Below are positions 41,201-50,578 of a stretch of 64,000 bases of DNA, in pieces. Made by a program: the position numbers and the translations under genes. Below the pieces are notes generated by a model. That model saw only the letters and a list, made by a program, of their open reading frames with translations, was not told the DNA's origin and searched no databases. Location: positions 448,001 to 512,000 of the IMG/VR virus record IMGVR_UViG_3300020045_008999; one strand, written 5' to 3'. Position 1 is the first letter of the stretch. Each line of letters begins with the position of its first letter. This DNA is from a virus (lineage: Duplodnaviria > Heunggongvirae > Uroviricota > Caudoviricetes).

Positions 41201-44200
41201 CCATCCCAATTTCCATTTCGCCATCGACCACCTTTCCACAAAACACCGTTCGCTAAACCATAATTCCACACACCATTTTCCCAAATTGATCCCCACATCT
41301 CCCCATTATTGAATGTACCATCAAGCCAATTGGTGTGGTACATCTTACCACTATTGAAGGTACCACCAAGCCAGGTCGTATCTGAAAATTCAGCCACGCC
41401 CCCAAACGTTCTACTTGTATATGGATTGAAAAATCCCCCGTTAAAAAAACCCTTACTGAATGAACCACCAAACCAAATAGAATTGTTGAAATATGCATTA
41501 CTGTGTGTAAAATTTCCACTTTTCCATAACATATTTTTAAATTCAACAAAATTGATATTTTTAACCGCGTCACGCACTCTTTTACCAATATCATAAGTTG
41601 TTTGGTCCACCAAAACTTCAAACTTATTATTAACAACGCTTCCATTTTTCCATATACCATATTGAGCACTCGAAATATCTAAATATTCATTTACTACTTC
41701 GGACACATCAGATGATTCCCACCCACCACCGTTAAAAATACCGTTGGTGAACACCCCATTATTCCAAAAATATCCTTGAAATACACCACCTTGAAATACA
41801 CCATCAAACCAAGTTGGATTTAACCCAAAACCTTTCTTATTTCCAAATTCACCACCATTAAATTCACCACCTTGCCAGGTATAATCCGATTTATTAATAG
41901 AATTTATATTGTTCGCACTATCAGTTGATGTAAATTTACCACCATTAAAGCTACCACCAGTCCACACACCCCCGGAAAAGCTACCACCATTAAAGCTACC
42001 ACCATTCCAGGTCCCACCAATAAATTGACCACCATTAAATGCCCCATTATTCCAAACTAATGTACCACCGAACACTGCGCTCACTACTGTTGTAAATGTA
42101 ACCTGAGTTATACCAGATACTGTAGTTGATTCTGCCGGATATGACATATCACCAAATAATCCACCACTTATAACACCACCTAGCCAGGTTGAATTATAAA
42201 ATTCACCGGATACAAAAGTACCACTATTCCAAATTGATTTATTACGAAACGTTCCATTATTAAAGGTACCACTTAGCCACTCAGAATTAGAAAATATACC
42301 ATTCGAAAATATACCATTCAACCACTTAGAGTGAATGAATGTACCACCATCGAATACATTTGTCAAATTTCCGAACCAAGTTGAATTAGAAAGTATACCA
42401 CCGAGTACTTTCACACCACTACGGAAATAACATTTACTAAATATACCACTTTTTACTGTATTATAATTACTAGTTGAATCGAAACTAGTTTCGATAATTC
42501 GCAACCTATTTATATCACTTAATACCAGGGAAATTGGATTATCAACCGTCTCGGCCTCTATTATATTTCCACTAAGTAGTCCTCGGATAAAAATACCACC
42601 TTTTATTTTAGAATTTGTAATTTTAATTTTAGACAACAGACTAGGAAATTCACTTCGTATAGTAACATTATCAAACACATTACCATCTATAGAACCAAGC
42701 TGAACTTGATCCCCAGTTATACTAACTACTATAAACTCATCGTTAATTATCTCACCATCTTCATAACCACCATCTAACCACACATTTTCACCAACAACAA
42801 GTGGTTTAGTAATCAACTGGGTCAATGCGGGTATTACCACGTACACAATTCCTAAATTTGCATAAATTTGACTTATTGTCAATTCTTTAGGACTCACAAG
42901 TGATCCACTAACCCATTCTGAATCATCTACCAAGCCAGAACTTATACTAAAGTTACTCAATTGAGACCCACTGAACAATAAATTAATATCCAATGCGTTC
43001 ATTATATTATTATTAGTAATGACATTACCAATATGATCTGTATAAAAAGCAAAAGTACTACCACTAACTGGATTTGGTTTCATAACCAAATCAATAGAAT
43101 ATGAATACACATCACGGACTACCACACTTCTAATAAAATTGGGTCCAACTACACTAACAACTGATTTGAATTTATTCTCATCCTTGGTTTTCACCACACA
43201 GATCATTTGATCATTTCCTAAATCAGAATTGTAGAAGTTATCTAAAACTATTTTGGTTTCAATAGGTAGTTTTATTTTTTCATCATCAGCCAATCCAGAT
43301 ATAAAATATGATTTATTTAATTTGGTCACAAATAGACTTTCTAGCGAATCAATTTTATTATAATCCTCTTCGGTAATCCACATTTTTAAAGTTGAATAGA
43401 TATCATTAAATTTATTACTAACAATTGGGATGGCGGCCACACCCGGTGCCAAATCGGACACAATCTCAGCACCCACTACTACAATACCCACATTCGCAAT
43501 TAAACTACTATTCGAAACAAAGCTCGCGTCAATCTGAGAATCAATAACCCTTGAATTTACAATAGTGGATTCACGTACATTTGAATTTGATAAAGTGGAT
43601 TCACTAACTGAAACACTTGTAACATCACACAATTCGTAATTACCACCATAAAGATGTAAATCGAACCCACTCGTATCAATATCCGAATATTTACCAGAAT
43701 TTGACGCGGTTGTAGAAATATTACAGTTTATAAAGTTTCCATTTTTAATAACCCCACCACTAACATTTGAATCAATTACATAATTATATCCAAATCCACC
43801 ATTATTAGTTGGATCAGACACTTGTACAACAACCCCATTTTCCATATGAGCAAATGTAGTTTCCTCACCAATATTAAATATAGAATCCATTTCACCACTA
43901 CTCCAGTCGGAATTTATAAAAAAACCACCATTCCAGTTACCGGTAGATTGCCATTTATTAGGCTCGTGATAAGTACCAAATATACCATCGTTATAATTAC
44001 CCGAAAATACACCACCTCTAAAATTTAATTTAGAAATAATTGGTTGCTTATATACAATGTCTATAAGATACTCGCCGGTATTTCCTTCATACGAATATAC
44101 TGACCTCTGTTTTAATACTATACCATCCACAGTAACGATGTCTTCACCTATTATGAATAATTTACCATTATTACTAAGCCTATCAATACCTGATGAATAC

Positions 44201-44805
44201 TGAATATCGAAAAAATCATCCCCGAACGTATTATAATTCACTCGAACACTGTCATTGACCCACACACCTTCGACAAATCCAAAAAAACTTCCGCGGGGAT
44301 CTGACATAGGTACCGAAGTCATAATACCATTTACATCCACTTCTGTAGTAAATGTACCAAAGGGTACCCCGGACAAATCGAATGAATGGTCTATGAATAT
44401 CATATCGTTCGTTTTACGGTATGCATAGCGGTTTACTTGCACATTATACAAATCAACATAAATATTTTGACAATACTCTAATTCTCTCTGGCTCCTAACA
44501 TTCCAAATTTTTATAAATTTAGACAATTCCAACGCTTCATATGCACCCATACCAAAATTCCAATCAATATCCAATGTTATCTTACATCGATCGATTGCAA
44601 GTACTTTATACCCATCAACATATTTGCTATTCCTAGCATATTTATAAATAAATGAATCACTATCAAAATTTCCATTCAATATGAATAATTTATCACCTAC
44701 CACAGCATTTGTACTATGCTCACTATAAAAAATTGTCTTCTCGACACCATTGATCACTACGCGCTCAGTATGGTTCAATAGTCTAGCAGATTTGGATTTA
44801 CCCAT
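38251..44805 (-). CDS. Giant (2184 aa) virion protein with [W/F]xxGx pentapeptide repeats and C-terminal FN3-like domains
   Basis: WLNGIFSNGIFSNSEWLSGTFNNGTF... tracts; ISWDDP..YEISY..YYIRIRS and VEWS..GYEVWRS..YYRIKTMD. Confidence 0.7.
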   Translation of the reverse strand: MGKSKSARLLNHTERVVINGVEKTIFYSEHSTNAVVGDKLFILNGNFDSDSFIYKYARNSKYVDGYKVLAIDRCKITLDIDWNFGMGAYEALELSKFIKIWNVRSQRELEYCQNIYVDLYNVQVNRYAYRKTNDMIFIDHSFDLSGVPFGTFTTEVDVNGIMTSVPMSDPRGSFFGFVEGVWVNDSVRVNYNTFGDDFFDIQYSSGIDRLSNNGKLFIIGEDIVTVDGIVLKQRSVYSYEGNTGEYLIDIVYKQPIISKLNFRGGVFSGNYNDGIFGTYHEPNKWQSTGNWNGGFFINSDWSSGEMDSIFNIGEETTFAHMENGVVVQVSDPTNNGGFGYNYVIDSNVSGGVIKNGNFINCNISTTASNSGKYSDIDTSGFDLHLYGGNYELCDVTSVSVSESTLSNSNVRESTIVNSRVIDSQIDASFVSNSSLIANVGIVVVGAEIVSDLAPGVAAIPIVSNKFNDIYSTLKMWITEEDYNKIDSLESLFVTKLNKSYFISGLADDEKIKLPIETKIVLDNFYNSDLGNDQMICVVKTKDENKFKSVVSVVGPNFIRSVVVRDVYSYSIDLVMKPNPVSGSTFAFYTDHIGNVITNNNIMNALDINLLFSGSQLSNFSISSGLVDDSEWVSGSLVSPKELTISQIYANLGIVYVVIPALTQLITKPLVVGENVWLDGGYEDGEIINDEFIVVSITGDQVQLGSIDGNVFDNVTIRSEFPSLLSKIKITNSKIKGGIFIRGLLSGNIIEAETVDNPISLVLSDINRLRIIETSFDSTSNYNTVKSGIFSKCYFRSGVKVLGGILSNSTWFGNLTNVFDGGTFIHSKWLNGIFSNGIFSNSEWLSGTFNNGTFRNKSIWNSGTFVSGEFYNSTWLGGVISGGLFGDMSYPAESTTVSGITQVTFTTVVSAVFGGTLVWNNGAFNGGQFIGGTWNGGSFNGGSFSGGVWTGGSFNGGKFTSTDSANNINSINKSDYTWQGGEFNGGEFGNKKGFGLNPTWFDGVFQGGVFQGYFWNNGVFTNGIFNGGGWESSDVSEVVNEYLDISSAQYGIWKNGSVVNNKFEVLVDQTTYDIGKRVRDAVKNINFVEFKNMLWKSGNFTHSNAYFNNSIWFGGSFSKGFFNGGFFNPYTSRTFGGVAEFSDTTWLGGTFNSGKMYHTNWLDGTFNNGEMWGSIWENGVWNYGLANGVLWKGGRWRNGNWDGSPYEGLDVTSGILANDFSKKLIDFVDSGIDDVSVKNKIHITNYCGYETIQDSGDFLAFPNSWVSVNGEQPPTAYTKEPSTSSDEYRLTMSYCDDTKCYDDADVFLDPFYGYEVIFNFGASNDDMFMYLNIGDLTGDVNPSYRTSILPGNVGFDDAGKPVIRLSNISFSQPIKYFPSQNDLNKSLTYRISNEGSVAATALIPSITVSRIKTIYKSGNNELINLADFNGISMPNIVSPIFVENGNTIHFKYGNGLFTHGVWENGVWSNGYRSDDSICLISDVVEFIQVSEFVYTIEVEIKPTTDNYAQLLKFNKSDKISISNIIGIDYNDNRKLLKGHMVIRSIPTVVTSGRNTVVLEVISNSQLRLIRKDSDMHDIKMSSNVWLSGVFLNGVYNGIMNYGIVSGYPYITVLNKTHMIDGIFDGGKIGNESMVQNFIFYDNVVIKRNFHVNKQPITSPIVNSSDRYYRSWAAFRYNNENDRVNIYSDDTIFSNKWQRNIPVMNHSGRSTNDVLSSRARFMNLNNIDFKTYDLGVKKTAYNSFLPQNGLFTYPFQVGATNNSIGEFTTNGWNYKTISGSDLPTLSANYLEGDVSNSNIMFVSVNSGASFVLNNSGPTNLYNEKYQSIDSGRYSVIEFNLRSFSGSVLYDNDTPSLYFDNTPQYYSINKAIENHLTENKPGKIRREYFFNKKSLDLYMLSNATNSSFEFKSINFNELDMIPFFDYFGEDDSNMRIDDSAKAPKYIPAPEIKYSDDYDFIDNITSTIGITSLNIPAYTTNSDEILGPLVWSPIVDFDSLSVSISWDDPSYIQNIRGYEISYGTAFPYSDPIEHLINITGNYTQVYNGLVSGELYYIRIRSIGKIDGRYSNTYTKSFTISPPIVIPDPSSVTAPSDVYAYSDDTGIQVEWSVGSSDNTVAGYEVWRSTTAYGQYLKIADVGLVVAYYDVVGFNKTRYYRIKTMDSLGNVSDLSTAFGYTTTPPFGIQS

Positions 44806-44898
44806 TTTAAAAAATATGTTTACCTATATATAAAAAAGTATAAAGTTTCTATAGAATTTAATATATTTTCAGTACTTTTGTAAAATATATTAAATTAC

Positions 44899-45411
44899 AT
44901 GGTACAAACACTATTATTCACACACTCTATCAATTATGAGGTAGAACTAAAAACTATGCTTAGGCTAATAAAGATTGAGTATTTGATCGCGAAGAATATT
45001 GACATCATCCCTAAGCGAATAATAAATTGTAAAATATATAACGCATTAATACAATTGCCATGTGACGTAATAGTGTCTGGTTCATATGCATTATATATAT
45101 TTGGGTTAATTGATAGAGCTCCAACAGATCTCGATATTGTGGTCAGTTCTGATTCATTATTATCAATGAAAGGCAATTATCTATTTACCACACATTCCAA
45201 ATATAACCAAGGAATTAATGAATCTTGCTTAGTAGGTGGTAAATATTTAGTGGATGTTTTTGTTGAAGACACCCCAAAGTACACTACTTACATGGGAATT
45301 AATATACAAGATCCAATGGATATATTAGATCATAAGTCCCGTCTAGCCCGTATAAAAGATTACGATGATTTTGAACATATAAAAAATAAATTGAATGGAA
45401 ATATTAAATAG
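44899..45411 (+). CDS. Minimal nucleotidyltransferase-like protein
   Basis: VSGSYAL...TDLDIVV, VDVF, KDYDD; TACTTTTG promoter at 44873-44880. Confidence 0.7.
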   Translation: MVQTLLFTHSINYEVELKTMLRLIKIEYLIAKNIDIIPKRIINCKIYNALIQLPCDVIVSGSYALYIFGLIDRAPTDLDIVVSSDSLLSMKGNYLFTTHSKYNQGINESCLVGGKYLVDVFVEDTPKYTTYMGINIQDPMDILDHKSRLARIKDYDDFEHIKNKLNGNIK

Positions 45412-45823
45412 AAAAGCTAAATTCGAATATGAATTTTTAGAGAAATTCCAATGTGGAATTGTTTTATTCGGATCAGAGGTCAAGTCAATAAATGTCGGCA
45501 AAGCTAGTATTGCGGAAGCTTATGTCTATGTAAAGGACGGTGAAGTGTTTATCAGAAATATGCACATCGCCAAATATGAATTATCCACATATAACAACCA
45601 CGAAGAAAAGAGAGAACGCAAACTATTATTGAACAAAAGTGAAATTTTGAAAATTACTAAAGAGGTTAAAAATGTTGGAATTACGATCATTCCACTCAAA
45701 ATTTCGAAAGTAGGTAAAAATTACAAACTTAGTATTGCACTGGCTAAAGGTAAAAAAATATACGACAAAAAACAGGCAATCAAAGAACGTGACATTAAAC
45801 GCGATACTGAACGCAATGAATAG
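45395..45823 (+). CDS. smpB: SsrA-binding protein
   Basis: NRKAKFEY, GIVLFGSEVKS, RERKLLLNKSEI, AKGKKIYDKKQAIKERD. Confidence 0.95.
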   Translation: MEILNRKAKFEYEFLEKFQCGIVLFGSEVKSINVGKASIAEAYVYVKDGEVFIRNMHIAKYELSTYNNHEEKRERKLLLNKSEILKITKEVKNVGITIIPLKISKVGKNYKLSIALAKGKKIYDKKQAIKERDIKRDTERNE

Positions 45824-46262
45824 AAATGAATACAAGGTATATTATATCAATCAAGATGATATTGATTACTATAACGCCGTTATAAATCAAACAAACTATT
45901 CACTGATTACAAAATCACTAGAAGGTGAATACGTATCATACGCTTTACCGCCGATCAGTGCTGGCCAAAATTACATAACTCAGGTAGAACGTATGAATAT
46001 AATATTACGCACTCACACTAGTGATAATAATAAATATCTATACGCAGAAGCCTTCAATCCATTAGTTGGTGGTAAATACGTTGCCATATATTTAAAATTT
46101 ATTAATTTTAAACATACCAATTTTATGATTATGGAAGCACTTAAACTCGCAAAGATGGTAAAAATCTATCCATTTTCATATACATTAGAAGGCATAACAC
46201 CAGTAATGTCTCAGGAATCCATAAGAAACCGAGGAATACAAAATTTATTACAAGATGAATGA
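45816..46262 (+). CDS. Hypothetical protein with C-terminal R-x3-I-x2-LL motif
   Basis: Ends ...SIRNRGIQNLLQDE; start moved to ATG 45816. Confidence 0.6.
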   Translation: MNRNEYKVYYINQDDIDYYNAVINQTNYSLITKSLEGEYVSYALPPISAGQNYITQVERMNIILRTHTSDNNKYLYAEAFNPLVGGKYVAIYLKFINFKHTNFMIMEALKLAKMVKIYPFSYTLEGITPVMSQESIRNRGIQNLLQDE

Positions 46263-46527
46263 AAATATAAGTTACAATATATCAAAATCAACAGTGAATA
46301 ATTGTATAATAACCAATGACCAAAATATATACATCTTTACAGGTGAATTATTATGCGCAAAGTCATATTTACGTGAGGTATTCGAAAGTTACATCGATAC
46401 TGCCAACGATTATGGTGATGACACCGATGAGTACATAACGACGTTGCGTGTTATGGAAACCGTTGACTTTTCAAATATAGAAAATGTTCAACAATTTCTA
46501 ATTTCAATAAATCTACAACTTATATAA
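46255..46527 (+). CDS. Hypothetical protein
   Basis: 90 aa ORF overlapping the upstream stop. Confidence 0.55.
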   Translation: MNENISYNISKSTVNNCIITNDQNIYIFTGELLCAKSYLREVFESYIDTANDYGDDTDEYITTLRVMETVDFSNIENVQQFLISINLQLI

Positions 46528-46559
46528 AAAAAGAGTAAATGTATATTTACTCTCTTTTT
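46527..46559. terminator. Bidirectional terminator
   Basis: AAAAAAGAGTAAAT-gtat-ATTTACTCTCTTTTT. Confidence 0.65.
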
Positions 46560-47023
46560 ATAATTTTAATATTATCTATCGAAAATACCCCAATCGACAA
46601 TATTTCAGATTCCAATTCTTCTTGTATAAATATGGAATCAAATCCATTTCCTAGAGCAGCATAAAATGCATCAACACAAGTCCAATAAGGCAATCCTTTG
46701 AAAATTTGATCATCCAATATATTTTGAATTTCATCTTGATCGCTATAATAATATTGCAAAGACTGCATGAATAATTCATAATGATTTGGATTTTCTAAGT
46801 CAAATGTATTTTTCAAATCAAGTTCAACACTATATAAATATTTACCATATTTCTTAGCATAATCAATGTTTTGAGTGAAGAACCAGGTAGGTATATCATT
46901 TTCAACATATCCCTTATTATTACACAAGCTAAATTCATCAAAAATATTATCGGAACCATGATAATATACATTAGATTTCAAAAATACATTAGCATACTCA
47001 TTAAACGTAGTTAAAATAAACAT
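46547..47023 (-). CDS. ADP-ribosyltransferase-like protein (ART-PolyVal-like pattern)
   Basis: YYHGS, WFFT...YAKKYG..LYSVEL, GFDSI, VFSIDNIKII; N-terminus ..TTFNEY. Confidence 0.65.
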   Translation of the reverse strand: MFILTTFNEYANVFLKSNVYYHGSDNIFDEFSLCNNKGYVENDIPTWFFTQNIDYAKKYGKYLYSVELDLKNTFDLENPNHYELFMQSLQYYYSDQDEIQNILDDQIFKGLPYWTCVDAFYAALGNGFDSIFIQEELESEILSIGVFSIDNIKIIKRE

Positions 47024-47067
47024 TTATTGACTTTTATTTATCTATATATTAATTACACAATATATAA

Positions 47068-47886
47068 TTAATAAACAAAATAAATATTTTCATTATTACA
47101 TTGCGGACATTTTATAATTGCGGAGTAATCTTCGGTTTCCGACAAATGAATCAATTCCGATTTCATAAACCCATCACATCGACATGATAAATTATTACAC
47201 TCAGCTTCAACAGGGTAACCACTTCGGGTGGTCTTTACAATTTCCACATTCGGATTTATTATTGCAACACTATCCCACTTTGAATAATCATGTGACCACC
47301 CTATTATTTTATGCCTAGGTTGCGCTAATTTAGTTAGTTTCTCAAACCATTCCAAACTACTAAATGTTGTAGAGAATGTTATATAATCCGCATGATTGAA
47401 ATATTCCAATATTACATCTTCCGATTTCAAATCAAAAAAATTGATAGTTACAATCTTTTTATTAGGAAATCGTCGTTTCAATGATTGGACCCATTTATAT
47501 TCCGCTTTTGAATCGTTCTCACAAATAACAACTTCGCCATATTCATCTATTGGGAAATGTGAATCGTATTTCTCAGCAATTATTTCATTATGCACAAGTA
47601 ACATGTAGGATCCGGATGGTCTTATTAGTATAGACTTATTATATTTTTCTACTATTTTCTCATAGTCAAGTTCTTGTGTACCCAACATAATCATTCGATG
47701 GCGTAGATCTTGTTTATCTGGTTGGTCCACTTTGTGTAATTGACTTATTTCACTTCTGATCATAATTTCCACCATATCAGAGGAAAGATTTTCAGGTTCT
47801 TTTACATTTGGTTCTAATACCAAAAACCAATTAGAATGTCCAACAACTTTCACATACTTATTCATTATTGATAATTTTCCCATCAT
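47068..47886 (-). CDS. Hypothetical protein with C-terminal zinc ribbon
   Basis: CNNLSCRC...CPQC; TATATTTG promoter at 47980-47987. Confidence 0.65.
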   Translation of the reverse strand: MMGKLSIMNKYVKVVGHSNWFLVLEPNVKEPENLSSDMVEIMIRSEISQLHKVDQPDKQDLRHRMIMLGTQELDYEKIVEKYNKSILIRPSGSYMLLVHNEIIAEKYDSHFPIDEYGEVVICENDSKAEYKWVQSLKRRFPNKKIVTINFFDLKSEDVILEYFNHADYITFSTTFSSLEWFEKLTKLAQPRHKIIGWSHDYSKWDSVAIINPNVEIVKTTRSGYPVEAECNNLSCRCDGFMKSELIHLSETEDYSAIIKCPQCNNENIYFVY

Positions 47887-48020
47887 AATTTGTTTAAAAA
47901 TTTAACTTATTTTCTCAATTTAATCACGACATCCGTTATCTGATTATGTAAATAAATATGGATTCGCGATTAATTTAAACAAATATATGTATAAAAATCC
48001 AGAAAACCTAACAATTTATA

Positions 48021-49721
48021 TCATAATGAAATCTCAGACATTATAGTGAACGTGTTTTTCCTAAGTTCAATAATTCTATCGAAAAAATTACGTTCCAAAA
48101 CTGCGTGGTGTACTACAAAAACATTTATGTTATATGAATTTGCAAAGTCCCGCAATAGTGATAAAATGACTTCAATCCAATCAGAATCAACCGATGAAAA
48201 CATTTCATCGAGAAATAAAACGTTTAATGAATTACTCCCTCTTATCAACTTCAAATAAGCGACTAATATTGCAATGTTCACCAGACGACTTTCACCGGTA
48301 CTCAATGAATCATGATCCACCTTCTCAAACCCTTGGAAAATGTCAACATTGAAATCATTATCGATGACAATATTAAAAGGTAAATCCATTTTATTTTTGT
48401 TTTCCAAGATGTATTGATTCAATGGTCCTACTATACTCGCAATTATTGTTCGTCTAATACCTTGGTCACCAAGTATTTTTGTCAGCTCAGCATAATACAC
48501 ATCCCTTTTCGTATTTTGGGTTAAATTTATTTCACATTTATCTTTTCGTGCATTTAAATCATCTATTGATTTCTCAAACTCACTCACGTCAAATGTAGGC
48601 TCTGTATCAATATTTTGTTTTTTTAACAAGTCAGTTATTTTACTTTTATAACTACCCATCAAATAACGCAAATCATTAAACGACTTTGTGGTATTAGCCG
48701 ATATATTATTTAATTTATTCCTCTGTGTACCAAGCGCGGTGAGGTTCGCTTCGATTTCAGTTCTTATCTCAACTAATTTTACCATTTTTAAATCCAATAT
48801 CTGAATAAGTTCTTCATAATGATTGTTCGTAAAATCAGTTGAACATGTTGGACATTTTCCAGAGTTATATAAATCAATTTCAGTTTTGAGTTTACTAATA
48901 TCATGCCTAATTGTCGAATACGATTCTTTCTCGGTTTCAATTTCCAAATACAAACTATTAATTTTGACATTCACGAAATTCACCTTAGTTTGAAGTACAT
49001 CATATTCACTACGCATAGAATTAAATTTGCCTTTCAAATCTAAAATTTCATCAGAAATATTTTGTTGATCATTTACAGTCGCATTATTAATCGATCGCGT
49101 TATAGATGTTTGTATGGTTATTATCGAATCAATAAGAGTATTAATTTCAGAATCTAACTTCAACATATCGGTTTTATTGAACCGGTTCAAATCTTTCAAT
49201 ATAGTATTCATCATAGTAATTGTTTCCAAATTAAAAAGCTTGTCCAATAATAGTTTCTTTTCATCCGGTGTCAGTGCCATGAAGTTTTTGAAATCATTAA
49301 CTGATAGAGATATGAATGAATTGAACGTTTCTAAATTAATACCAACGTAACTTTCTATAAGAGCTTCTAAATTTGTTTTACTAAGTTTAGTATTCTTCAC
49401 ACCATCTTCATAAAGTTCAAGTATATCAGGATTAATGCCGCGAACCACTTCTATTTTCGTACCCTTTGATTCAAATTTAATGCGATTTAATAATTCTCTA
49501 TTGATGCGATTTGGTAAGGATGACAATGGTGCCCATTTGCGAGATCTACCCCGACATTTACCATATAATGTATATTCGAATGAATTTATTAGTGCGGATT
49601 TACCATTACCTATTTTCCCTACTAACAAACACAACTCACCACTCTCGGTATTCAATTGTAATGTTTGTGGATTATTACCATATGATTTGAATCCCTTTAT
49701 AATTAATTCACTTATTGTCAT
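48021..49721 (-). CDS. sbcC: SbcC/Rad50/T4 gp46-like recombination ATPase
   Basis: GFKSYG, Walker A GKIGNGKS, coiled coil with CPTC hook, LSTGE signature, FLDE Walker B, VHH. Confidence 0.92.
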   Translation of the reverse strand: MTISELIIKGFKSYGNNPQTLQLNTESGELCLLVGKIGNGKSALINSFEYTLYGKCRGRSRKWAPLSSLPNRINRELLNRIKFESKGTKIEVVRGINPDILELYEDGVKNTKLSKTNLEALIESYVGINLETFNSFISLSVNDFKNFMALTPDEKKLLLDKLFNLETITMMNTILKDLNRFNKTDMLKLDSEINTLIDSIITIQTSITRSINNATVNDQQNISDEILDLKGKFNSMRSEYDVLQTKVNFVNVKINSLYLEIETEKESYSTIRHDISKLKTEIDLYNSGKCPTCSTDFTNNHYEELIQILDLKMVKLVEIRTEIEANLTALGTQRNKLNNISANTTKSFNDLRYLMGSYKSKITDLLKKQNIDTEPTFDVSEFEKSIDDLNARKDKCEINLTQNTKRDVYYAELTKILGDQGIRRTIIASIVGPLNQYILENKNKMDLPFNIVIDNDFNVDIFQGFEKVDHDSLSTGESRLVNIAILVAYLKLIRGSNSLNVLFLDEMFSSVDSDWIEVILSLLRDFANSYNINVFVVHHAVLERNFFDRIIELRKNTFTIMSEISL

Positions 49722-49765
49722 TTTGATACACTATTTAGAATTATACCGAATGTGATCAAATTAGT

Positions 49766-50209
49766 TTATAGTTCGTTTAAATATAACAACCTTTCTTCTA
49801 TTATCATCAGCGTAGATTCAAATCCATCAATGATTGTTAGACTGATAATTGCATCATACCTATCATGAATAACACTAAACATATAAACGTAATCCCCCAA
49901 ATAATGTACATTGTAATATAAATTAGATTGTCCTGGTCCATAAATCGTAATACATCCATATTCCATCCCAACTGTTATGACTTCGAATTGTTTAAATTTA
50001 TTTAGAATTAAATCCGCTTCACTTTGATCAAATATTTCATATTCTAATATTAAGGCATCGTAAACTGAGTTAATATCATCATCAACTTCACCAAAATTAT
50101 ATTTATCATAACGTTCATTTATCTCAAGTAATGCACTTTCAACATAATTAGTACCGAATTGTATATTTGTAATTTTATTAAAATCTTTAAAAAATTTCAC
50201 GTACCTCAA
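49766..50209 (-). CDS. Family A paralog (1 domain), putative head-internal protein
   Basis: INERYDKYNFG, HYLGDYVY, IIDGFES. Confidence 0.7.
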   Translation of the reverse strand: MRYVKFFKDFNKITNIQFGTNYVESALLEINERYDKYNFGEVDDDINSVYDALILEYEIFDQSEADLILNKFKQFEVITVGMEYGCITIYGPGQSNLYYNVHYLGDYVYMFSVIHDRYDAIISLTIIDGFESTLMIIEERLLYLNEL

Positions 50210-50215
50210 TTTAAT

Positions 50216-50578
50216 TTATAATATTTTTATAGCATTAAGCAATGAATCAAATCCATCAATTATATCAATAGATACGACATGACTCGCCCTATGTTCACAA
50301 ATACAATAACAATAATCACCCAGGTGGAAAATCTCGTAAGTAACTCGATCATCTGTATTCACAATTCTAATAAATGCTATCAATGATGGTGTATTAAATA
50401 TGTCAATTGTAAATCTATCATCATCAATACTAATAATTTCATTTTGTTCGTCATCAGAGAATGAAGTACCGTAGTTATAAAATATCTCTATATAGTCAGA
50501 ATGTAGTGACATATCATTTGTAATTTTTTTACCGAATTCATATCTATCAAATCCTTCAAAAATTCTATAATATCTCAT
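50216..50578 (-). CDS. Family A paralog (1 domain)
   Basis: MRYYRIFEGFDRYEFG, HLGDYCY, IIDGFDS. Confidence 0.75.
   Translation of the reverse strand: MRYYRIFEGFDRYEFGKKITNDMSLHSDYIEIFYNYGTSFSDDEQNEIISIDDDRFTIDIFNTPSLIAFIRIVNTDDRVTYEIFHLGDYCYCICEHRASHVVSIDIIDGFDSLLNAIKIL

Noticed and set aside
45395-46560. tmRNA gene near smpB
   Set aside because: No intergenic space, and no GGGG..TCCACCA-type tRNA-like ends recognised in the window.
47917-47976. SAM-II or another known riboswitch
   Set aside because: The stem superficially resembles a P1 helix, but I could not find the conserved loop and pseudoknot nucleotides.
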